Shown here: piece by piece, positions 50,989 to 61,700 of the stretch
Numbering within the stretch: position 1 is the first letter of the stretch
How the letters are laid out: each line of letters opens with the position of its first letter
NCBI GenBank assembly: GCA_016748015.1
Contig: JAAOMT010000657.1
Location: 1-64,000 of the forward strand
Source: Geosiphon pyriformis uo1
Lineage: Eukaryota > Fungi > Glomeromycota
DNA: 64,000 bases
Reading direction: 5' to 3'
Program-made: the position numbers and the translations under genes
The notes under the pieces: generated by a model
Databases searched by the model: none
The model's input: only the letters and a program-made list of their open reading frames with translations
Told to the model about the DNA's origin: nothing

Positions 50989-51622
50989 ATGGAAATACCA
51001 GATCATATTCACACTATAGTTCAACAATTGTTCCAGATCTTAGTCAACAACAGTTAGACATGAAAATTGTTATTAACAACCAAATAATTTGCTATCAAAA
51101 CACCCAAAGAAAGACAAAGAATACACCATATCAGTGGCCACCAAGAAATAATAAAAACTGGACAGATAACTTAATAGAAAAAGTGGAGAACACTTTTGAG
51201 AAAATACCTATTATGGCACTAACAGAAGAGTTTACAAAAAAAATTGGAAGCAATGGACAGAATGACTTCCAATATTATATTGCTACTACCAGTTAGATCA
51301 AAAGTTGAATATTCAGAAGTTGTATATTGACAAATCTAAGAGATTATTCAACCATGACATATTACAGCAAATTGAAGAATTTATCAGAAAGAAAACAAAT
51401 TTAACACTATATGTTAAAACAATATACTGACTACACAACATATTTCAAAACTATCCAGAAATACTGTTACACTCTAACATGGAAACCATAACCATTAACC
51501 AATAGGGAAGAATGAACAATACACAAGTAGAAAATGTGAAAAACAGAGTTAAACAAACAATACTTGAAAAAAAAGTACTAGAATTAATTCAAAATGAAGA
51601 TTTTGATGGAGCTCAATATTAA
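50989..51622 (+). pseudogene. ORF3 of F
   Basis: AAAATGG start; ends FDGAQY*; near-identical to C ORF3. Confidence 0.78.
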
Positions 51623-51635
51623 AAAGAGGAGATAA

Positions 51636-52243
51636 TGTTACTCATAAAAAGAAAACAGATATAGAACAAGAGTAGGCCAATAAGAAAGCAGTAATTAACA
51701 TGTGAGCACATTGCTTAGCAATGTGAAGCAATGTTAAAAATCATGGCATATTGCTCAACAATGTGGAGCAATGTCAAAAAAATATGGCACATTGCTCAGC
51801 AATGTGAGCATTGTTTAGAAAATTATAGCACATTGCTCGAGAATGTGAGCAATCTCATAGAACCTAAATTATATATATATAGTAGTAGCATTAGAAGTAG
51901 AAAAGACAGACCTCCCAGTTTAGATTTAATTTAAGCAATCTTTCTATTCACAAATATCAATAAATAATTATTTACTATCTTAATCCACTCTCTATTATCA
52001 ACACTTCATGTTGATAGCAATTAATACTTAACCACACTGAAACAATAGCTTTTGATCACGGCTATTGATGGAATACTAACTTGCAATTGCATTGGCTTAT
52101 TTCTTCATTTTTCTTTATTTTTTTTATTTTCTTTTCTTTGATTTTATTGTTGTGTACTAAATTGATTAAGAGAATTAAAGTGCTGAGTTATTAATGTCAT
52201 GGATAGCCTGGTAAAAGACCCAGAAATAAGGGTAGAATTATAT
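51636..52243 (+). repeat. 3' LTR of F (5' part; interrupted by G)
   Basis: Matches 41400-~42003. Confidence 0.9.
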
Positions 52244-52978
52244 TGTTATGGGTTGGAGTAACAAGCTAATAGATAGCAAGGGAGAACAGGATTGTATGGT
52301 AATGGAAATAATCAAAAGAAATTCAATTTCAATAAGTAAATTGAATAAGTATGAATTCAATGTACAAGATCAGTCTTATAAAATATCTCAGTGGCTATTC
52401 TTTTCAAAAAGTAACAAGAGAATCTGAAAGTAGAGAGATAGTTTATACTGTCAACAATTGATAACTGCTGGTATAATTCTATGTCTTATATCAGTGCTCT
52501 TAGAATTTAATATCAGGTATCAACTTGTGCTCTTCAGTCACGTTTATTCAAATAATCTTTAAATACTGCAATTACACATTTTAGGAAAGTGCCAACAAGT
52601 AATCTTTTATCCAAAAGATGTTCAGATACTTGAAAATAGAGAAAGAGAAATTAGCAATAAAAAAATGTTTAAGATAAAAGTTTGTTATTTTATTTCTTTG
52701 ATTGTCTTGATTTTTTACATTGATTTTTTTCTACAGCTAAGAAACTCATCACTTATATATCTATTGAAAGTGATCAACAACCAGATCAATGATCAGGTTA
52801 ATAATCAGGTCAATGATCAGATTATTGATCAGGTCAATGATTAAGTCAATAATCAGGTTAATAATCAGATTGTTGATCAGGTCAATGATCACTATTTAAA
52901 AATAGGGTGGTTAATTATATGACATTAGTGGCTAATACATGTAATAACTAATAAAAACTATGAGTTTCAACCATAACA
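52244..52978 (-). repeat. 3' LTR of G (735 bp)
   Basis: TGTTAT...ATAACA; homologous to 14191- and 55209-55900. Confidence 0.92.
52770..52890. repeat. U3 array of the B family: ~12-bp GATCAGGTCAAT, ~9-10 copies
   Basis: Read directly; ~6-7 copies at 55298-55380 and ~2 at 14282-14301. Confidence 0.85.
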
Positions 52979-53603
52979 TCATCCTCTCCAAAAAGATTGA
53001 GCTCTGGCAAAATCAAACTATTTAGGGAATACTCAATTTGAAGGGTTTTATCTAACTCAAAACTAACTAGTTTGTTAAAGTCTTTTGTGGATAAGATATA
53101 TAAAACTTGAGGCGAAATGAGCTTTGTGTTCAAGAGACCAAATCTTTGTATAAAAGTTTTGGCTTTTCTTGCAATGGTCAAAACTCTTGGGACATCTAAT
53201 CATACAATGTCCAAAATTTCCATTTGTATCTCAGAAGTTGTTTTCTTTATGAGCTTTATGTCTTCTATGATTTCACCAAGGCAACCATAGAATTCTAGTT
53301 GTCTTTCATATGACAAGTTTTTGTCTATGGGCAAGATATTTTTAATTGTTTTTCCAATTGTGATAGAAGATGCAAGTATTGCTGCTGTTATATTTTCCAG
53401 CAAATACTTATCCATTTTGCTACCAATTCTTTCTTTTCTGATAGTTGTTTTCTTTGGTCTAATAACAGTATGTGTTCCACTGTTGTCAGTTATTGTAGTT
53501 TGTTTTTCAATGGTCAGAGTAGCATTTGGATAGTTTTAATCCAATATTCATAAAAAGTATAGAAAGCATTTTGAATGTTTTGATCCAGAAAATAATTGTT
53601 CAT
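52948..53603 (-). pseudogene. ORF3 of G (B type)
   Basis: ORF pieces 53514-53699, 53200-53415 and 52948-53181 match B ORF3. Confidence 0.75.
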
Positions 53604-53679
53604 GTTGATTGAAGATACCTCTGTTTTGGGAGTAGTGCATTTATTTATATCTGATTTTTGCTGATTATTTGGGTCGGTA

Positions 53680-54959
53680 TTACTACAACAGATAACCAAT
53701 CAGATTGTTTATGATATTTCTTGAGTCGCGTGCCATGAACAGGATGATCATTAAAGATTGTTCTGAATTGATCTTGAAGAATATAAGAACCATTGTTCAG
53801 AACTTTGTTGACTATAAAGGGTTCTTTTCATTGGCTAGAGAATTTATCACCATAAACATTGTCTTTGTCTAAATGGTATTCCAAAACCAAGTCACCAATG
53901 TTTAAGGAAAGTATTTTATAGGTTTTCTTTTTCTTAAGCTTTTCTTAGAACTGTTTTATTTTTTCAAAGGCAATTATTCATGCCTCTACCAATGAGTCAA
54001 GAATGATACCAAGTTTTCTTTGCAAAATGTCTTTGTAATTCCCTATTGTGATTTCTTCAAAGAATATTGTCTCAATATCAGTTTCTATTGGTAGTGTTGC
54101 TATTTGTCCATAGAGCAAATAAAAGGGTTCATAACTTGTTGTGTCATGATTCACAATTCTATAAGCAAACAAAGCTGAAGGCAGTACTTTGTTCCATAAG
54201 TTTGTTTCTTTATTTGTTTTGGCTAAGGTTTCACACAGTGTTCTATTGAAATGTTCCACTAGGCCATTTGTTTGGGGGTGATAAGAAGAAGAAAGTTTGT
54301 AACGTATTCCCATTTTTCTACAAAGTTCTTTAACCAGTGTACTAAAAAAAGCTCTTTCTCTATCAGATAAAAGTTCTTTAGAGCAGCCATGGCAACAAAT
54401 GATATCTTCATAAATGAAATTAGCAATAGAAACTGCTGTTTGATCTGGAATAGCTCTTGCTTCTACCCACTTTGTAAGATAGTCAGTAGTTGTGATAATG
54501 TATCTGTTGTCATCAGGAGTTACTGTTAATAGTCCAACAACATCTATACCAATTCTGTTAAATGGTTGGCCAATAGAGATTGGATGAATGTCTTCTTTGC
54601 AATTGGGTTTTCCTCTTCTTTGGCAGGTATTACAAGTTTTGATGTACTCAGCAATGTCTTTTCTCAAAGTAGGCCAATAATAGCAAACTAGAGTTTTCTG
54701 AATGGTTTTTGTTTTTCCAAAGTGTCCAGCTAATGGATTAGTATGCATGTTGTAGATCACAATTTCTCTTTCTTCAAATCTTATGACTCTCTGGGGGCAG
54801 TTAGGATCTTTTCTATTTCTTTTGTATAATTGGTTCTGGCAGATCAAATAAAAAATTTGATTGTTTGTGCAAATGTTTTCTTTGCTGTTGATTGTATTTC
54901 AGTAGGTATTGTCTTTTACCCAAAAATTCCATTAAAGCAGAGTAGTTGTCCAAGTTTAT
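53680..54959 (-). pseudogene. Integrase of G
   Basis: HTNPLAGH...CNTC, IDVVG, LLSD, YHPQTNGLVEHFNR. Confidence 0.92.
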
Positions 54960-55023
54960 TATTATTTTTGGTTGTAAGAGAATTACTAATAATTAGGTTG
55001 GTTTGGTTTGAGAGATTGTACTG

Positions 55024-57801
55024 TTACTTGGTGGTAAGTCTGAAGAGAGTGTTAGCATTTTGATAATTAGCTCTTTTATGGTGTTGAATATCATAGTTGA
55101 ATTCATCCAAGTAGAGTATTTAGTGAGTTATCTGTTTATGTTCTAATTTTTTCTTGTTGTGCAGCCAAACCAAAGCTTGGTGATCTGTTACCACCAAAAA
55201 CTTTACACTGTTATAGTTGAAACTCATAATTTTTATTAGTTATCACATGTATTAGCCACTGATGTTACATAAGTAGCCACTCTATTTTTAGATAGTAATC
55301 ATTGACCTGATCAATGACCTGATTGTTGACCTGATCATTGATTTGATTATTGACCTAGTCGTTGACCTGGTCATTGACCACTTTCAATAGCTATATAAGT
55401 GATGAATCTCTTAGCTGTAGAAAATCATCTCTCAGACAAGAATCAAATAAATAAAAATAACAACTTTCATCTCAATCACTCTCTTATTGCTAATTTTCCT
55501 TTCCCTACCTTCAAGTATCTGAACATCTTAGGATAAAAGATTACTTGTTGGCCTTTTTCTATTTGAATAATTGTAGTATTTGAAAACTATTTGTATAAAC
55601 ATGACTAAAGAACACAAGTTAATACCTGATATTGAATTCTAAAAGTGTCGATGTGAAGACATAGAATTAATACCAGCGGTGATCAATTGTTAACAGTACA
55701 GACTATCCCTCTACCTTCAGATTCCTTTGTTACCTTTTGAAAAGAATAGCGACTGAGATATTTTATGAGACTGATCTCACACATTGAATCCATACTCATT
55801 CAATTTGCTTATTGAAGTTGAATCTCCTTTGATTATTTTCATCACCCTACAATCCTGTTCTCTCTTGCTATCCGTTAGCTTATTACTCCAATCTGTAACA
55901 ACACTAAGGAGATACTTATCTCAGTAATTGGTAGCTCAAACTACTGCTAAGCATTCCTGTTTAGTAACTGAATAGTTCTTTTCTGCTGATGTAAGGGTTC
56001 TATTAGCATAAACTATTGCATGTTCTCTGCCATCTTCATTTTTTTGTAAGAGAACAGCACCAAGTCCATAGCCAGATGCATCAGTGTGAAAAATGAAAGG
56101 TTGATCCAGATCAGGTTGCTTAAGAATAGGTTCTGTAACCAATTTTTCTTTGAGAGTTTCAAATGCTTTCTGTTGATGTGTGCCCCAATGGTAATTGATA
56201 TTTTTCCTGAGTAGCTGATTGAGTGGAGAGGCAATTTTGGAGAAATCCTTAACAAATTTGCGATAATAGAAGACCAAATCAAGGAAAAAAGTAACTCATG
56301 AACATTCATTGGTTGTCTTATGTTCTGAACTTTTTTCACTTTGGCTGGATCAAAGAAGATTCCATTTTTTGTAATAAAATGGCCAAGGAATTGGGTGAAT
56401 TGTCTTCCAAAGAAAGATTTGATTGGGTTAATCTTGAGATCTGCATTTTTGAGAAAATCAAAAACCTTTTGCAAATATTCAAGGTATTCATCCCAGATTT
56501 TTGAGTACACCATTATATTGTCCAGATAGACCAGAACAAAGTTTTCTTTTACTGATTCAAATACTTTATCCATTAAATGTTGAAAGATGAGAGGAACATT
56601 AGTGAGACCAAAAAGCATGATTGTGAATTCATAGGTGCCATACTTGGTGATAAAGGTGGTTTTCTTCCGGCTTTCTGGATCCATCTCTACTTGCCAAAAT
56701 CCAGCAGTTAGATCAATGGTTGAAAAGAAAGCAGCATTTTTGAATTGGTCCAGCATTGTATCAATCTTGAGAAGTGGATATATGTTTCTTTTAGTAATGG
56801 TATTTAATTGGTGGTAGTCAACACAGAAGCATAGGGTTCTACCTTTCTTGAATACCACTAGAACTGAGAAAGCCTATTCACTCTTGGTTTTTTGTATAAA
56901 TCCAAGTTCTTTCATCTGGTTTATTTCTTTTTTGATAAACTCATTATTTCAGTAATTGGATTGGTAAGGCTTTAAATGAATGAGGCAAGTTTCTCTGGTG
57001 GTGATAGTGTGTTGTATCACATGAGTTTGTCCTAAGGTATTACCTTCTTTTGAGATAACTGGTTGTTTCTTGCCAACAGATTTTTAATGTTTATCTTTCT
57101 TTCTTCTGAGGAAAGTTCTCTTTGTTTTACTACTAATGATTAGATCTCAGATGGTTCATTCTTAAAAGACTTCTGTACTTCTTTTAATTCATCTCTTGGT
57201 ATTAGGCTAATTGGTTCCCAATCTTTGTAATAGATTAGGCATGATTTGCATTCATCACTTGGAGAATACAAAGGTTTATTACACCAGCACCGAGCACAAG
57301 GATCATACCACCAATAACTGTATTTGGCTTTCTTGCCAGGCTTTTGGTCAAAGGTTCTTTTTAGAATATCATAGTAGGGCCAGTAGATCAGCTTGCCATT
57401 TACAATGATTCCCTCTCTATTAGCTTTAACATTGTCTAATGGCTTGCCATCACTCATGAAGGTGGTGTAGGTGAGTTTAGCAGTTTCTTCTTGTTCTTCT
57501 TGTTCATCTTCTTCATTATCTGATTCCTCTGATTGCTCATCTTCTTGATTTTGTTTAGTTGCTGGAGGAGTTGTCCAATGGCGACATTTAACCACAATAG
57601 GTTTTTCACCACATTTGATGGTTAGCTTACAAAGTTCATAGTCGAGTAAGGCTTTTGCTTTCTTGAGCCACTCATTGCCAACAATGATGGTGTATTCTTT
57701 AGCTTCAGAAACTTCCATGTCAGTTTCAATACTGATGCTATTGAAGTAAACAGGAATAGCTTTGGCAATGCCCAGACTTTTTTTCTTGTTATTATATACG
57801 T
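55024..57801 (-). pseudogene. PR (3' part)-Cys motif-RT-RNase H of G, interrupted by a solo LTR
   Basis: YLDN (mutated YLDD), HTDASGYG, ECLAVV. Confidence 0.9.
55209..55900 (+). mobile_element. Solo LTR of family B (692 bp), antisense within the RNase H of G
   Basis: TGTTAT...GTAACA; perfect TSD ACAC (55205-08 / 55901-04). Confidence 0.94.
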
Positions 57802-58699
57802 TGTTACTCATAGAATATAGGAAATATAGTATTATTAGTCAGTAGATATTAGCCAATCAGATGTGGACGTAGTAAAATGTGGAATTCTAAGATTCCTCTC
57901 AGGAATTGCAGAATTCCAGAAATTACAAGATTCTCACACAAGGAATTGCAGGATTCCAAAATTCCAGAATTCCTCTTAAAGGAATCACAGAATTCCAGGA
58001 ATTCCAAGATTCCTGTCGTGAAGAATTGAAAAATTGAAAAATCTCAATTATGTATATATAGCAGTAGTATTAGAAGCTGAAAAAGAAACATCTGAGTTTA
58101 GATTTAATCTAAGCAACCCTTCACATCACAAATATCAATAAATAACTATTTCTATATCTCAATTTATCCTCCACTATCAACTTCATGTTGATAGTAACAA
58201 ATACTTAAACATGCTGGAACAATAGCTTTTGATCATGACTATTGATGGAATACTAATCAAAAATTGCCTTGGCTCATTTCTTTATTTTATTTCTGTTTTC
58301 TTTATTTTTTTTCTTTATTTCATTTTCTTTGTTGTTGTATACTAATTGATTAAAAGATTAAGTACTGAGTTATTGACATCAAGAATAGCCTGGTAAAAGA
58401 CCCAGAAATAAGGGTAGGATTTTTATATATTATTGGATAGCTTACCAGAAGAGCATGACTGCCAGACTAAATCCAGCCACCACACTAAGAAAGAAATTGG
58501 GAAAACTCTCAGAAGAATACATCTACTATTGTTACTATTGAATCTCTGTTCATTATATAAAGAACTCAACTAAAACCTTTAGATCATGTAAAACCTTCAG
58601 AATTACCACCACCCACATCAACAGAAATCAACATAGCTTTTGAGTACCAAGTTATGGGTTTGTTATTTAATTCCACAGCAGAAATAATCATCTGTAACA
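57802..58699 (+). repeat. 5' LTR of H
   Basis: TGTTAC...GTAACA; homologous to the E LTRs. Confidence 0.92.
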
Positions 58700-58761
58700 T
58701 TTGGTGCTCCCTGTGAGATATAATCTTACAGAGAACCCACACCAACAAACACCATTCAAAA

Positions 58762-61700
58762 GTGGCAGAATCAGAAAATATAGGAGCAAACCATTTAGGA
58801 TTCACAAAGTTCTTATTCCAACACTATTGTCAATACTTGGGATTAAACCACAATCATATATCTGCTGAATTAGCCTTCAATTTCTATGTCAATGAAAAGA
58901 TTTCCTCTTTGTTAGGAACACCAGTGAATACTGAATCAGCAAGAGAAACTTTCTATAAGGAATTAATTCAAAACACCAACCTACTAACAAATCATAATTT
59001 TGCATCTATCATCACTGAAATCAACAAAGAAATTAAACATTACACCCAATAAAGATATCCAATTACATATGCTAGTAAAGACAAAGGAAAACTACAAACA
59101 CCAGCAGTAATATCCAGAAAAATACAACCACCTACTTGGAAGAAAAACAGAATTGAATCCCCAAGCAACCCATTCTATCATTATACACCTGGAAGTGCCA
59201 TTAACATATCATCAACAGATGCATCCTCACCAACTATGACATCAGCATTTGGATAATTCCTATTCCAAAGTAGACAAAGGAAAACAGAATTATTAGAACC
59301 ATACGGCAAATACTTTGAGGGATTTAATTCACGATTATCAACCCTATTAGGACTTTGATCACCACCGCCTCCACCAGATTTCGGAATTTTTGATCTGTGA
59401 AAAGTAACAAAATCAGAAAGAGAGGAAGAAAAATCAGAGGATCAAGAATTTACTTACCAAAACCCAATCACTAAAAACCTGGAAGTTGAAACCCCAAATC
59501 TTCAAATTCAGCAAAATCTAAATCTAGAAAATTCGGAAATTAAAACTCCGAATATTCACACCTTGCCAAATCAAAGAAATCAAAACCCCGATTTAATTAA
59601 TCAGCAAAACCTACCTCCAGTTATTATCATCAATCAATCACCAATTAAGCTAATTAGTGAGCCAATTCAACTACCTTAAGTACCACTCCAACAACCATTA
59701 TCTCTTTAACAACTTTAGCAACAGTTGCCTCAACAGTCCCAGCAACCTATAGTACCAATGGCCTATGTATCAATCGCCAAATTAAAAAAATTCATCAGTG
59801 AAGAGAATGATGCTCAAGCTTGGTTGAATGATGTCGCCAAAGCAATCACGGCAAACAATTGGAACGATGACAAAGCTCTTCAGGCAATTCCATATTTCCT
59901 CCAAGATACCATAGATTTGTGATATCAAAGCTTAGCTGCAAAACCTCAAATGTTTGATGCATTTAAGCAGGAGTTCTTAAGATACTTCAGTAATAATAAT
60001 AGTATCAACCATTTGGTAAATACTTTTACTACCATTAAGCAAGGGGACACTGAAGCCGTTATTACATACTTGGGACGATTCCATAGATGTCTATGTCAGA
60101 TCCAAGCTATCAACACTGATTATTTTACAGTGGCCCAAATTTTGAATCAATTTATCAAAGGCTTATGCAGTAGTATTCTCCAATGTGTACATCCACTACA
60201 CCCAGCAGATTTACAAGCAGCCATCATTAATACCAGAGATTTTGAAGCAGCCAAACTTGAAGCTAACCACGCCCAAGCCGTCAATCTAGTAATGAATGGA
60301 TCATCTGAATTGGATTCTAAATTGAAACAATTCAGTGATTCTATCAATCAAAAATTAGAGGGGTACTTAGCTGACAACTAAGCAATCTATCAACCGCCAC
60401 AACAACACAACAATCAGGGAAACTTCAATCATGTCCAAAATCAGCCATGTTCATTATTTCTGGCCAATCAACAGTGGCAACAAGAAACATGTGTTTCCCA
60501 CTATTGTGGTAGACAAGAACACATACAAATTGATTGCCACCAATGTTTAAATAACCAACAATCAGGAAATCAATATCAAAACCCCAATCGCCAGTTCCCA
60601 GCTCCGAGTTCCCAGCAAAATCAAGAACAATACCAACACTTACCTCATTATGCACCAATAATGCAGCAATCAATTTATCAACCACCAGTATATTAAGCTC
60701 CAATTTATCAACCGCAGCCATAAGTAATTTATCAACAACTACAGCTGCAAATAATCTATCAACCCCAACAAATTCAAACACCGCCCCAAAACTTACCACC
60801 CAATGGAACACAAAGACCAAGAATAACTCAACAGAGCTGGAAATCAGCAATAGTGGTCCATCAACCAATCCCCAGTTCTTCACAGCAACCATTTGGATTA
60901 CGCCAGTGGAATTCGGGTACTGGTCAACCCCAGAACCTGAATTCCCAGAACTATTTAAGCCTCCTGATTACCCTAGAAGACACCTCAGCCAATAACCTGA
61001 CATTTACCCAAAAACAACCACTTACCAGTAATATTCCCCCTGCTACCATCACCAAAGACGAGTCCTTGGCTGCTATCTTCCCATTCGAATTTGAGAAAAC
61101 AACTGCAACACCGTTATTTAGTGGAGCCGCTCTTGAAGCCAAACTGATCACCACGATGTACACTGATGCCAAAGTTGAGAGACAATCCATCAAATTGATC
61201 CTTGACAGTGGTTCAGCAGGCAGCATTATCACATGACAACTCATGGATCAATTAGGTCACTGAATTGACTGAGCTGTCAGTGCCAGAATTATCACCACTG
61301 ATGGAGTGACCAAAACTCCAATCAGCGAAATTGATGACTTCCCTTTTGAAATCAATGGCATCGTAACTCCCATTAAAGTTTTAGTGATAAAAGCCACCCA
61401 ATACCAAGCTCTTGTTAGTAATAACTGGCTATCCAAAGTTGACGCGACACTAGACTGAAACACCCAAGAACTCCAGCTAGCATTCAATGGTCAACATGCA
61501 CATGTGCCAGTCATGTGTAGTCACTTTAAAGCTCCTTCAAAAGAACAACCATTGATCGAGTTAGAAGAAGAAGAAAAAAAGCCTATTTGGGAAGCTTATC
61601 AAGTCTCTTGGGCTGACGTCGACCACAATGAACTACTACCCATACTTTCATGGGATGACAAGGGAAAGAAGAAGGAAGAAAAAAAACTTGTCTGGAAGCT

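Larger units (their letters stand above)
41400..52243 (+). mobile_element. Ty3/Gypsy LTR retrotransposon F (dUTPase-encoding); carries an A-family solo LTR; 3' LTR interrupted by G
   Basis: 5' LTR 41400-42260, PBS at 42263, PPT 51622-51635, 3' LTR from 51636. Confidence 0.93.
52244..57801 (-). mobile_element. B-family LTR retrotransposon G (3' half visible; interrupted in the protease by H)
   Basis: 3' LTR 52244-52978, PPT 52979-52990, ORF3, IN 53978-54847, RT 56013-56858, PR 57140-57801. Confidence 0.93.

Noticed and set aside
60417-60423. GGGAAAC slippery heptamer as a gag-pol frameshift site
   Set aside because: The knuckle and protease follow in the same frame and the heptamer is not intact in E, so no frameshift is required
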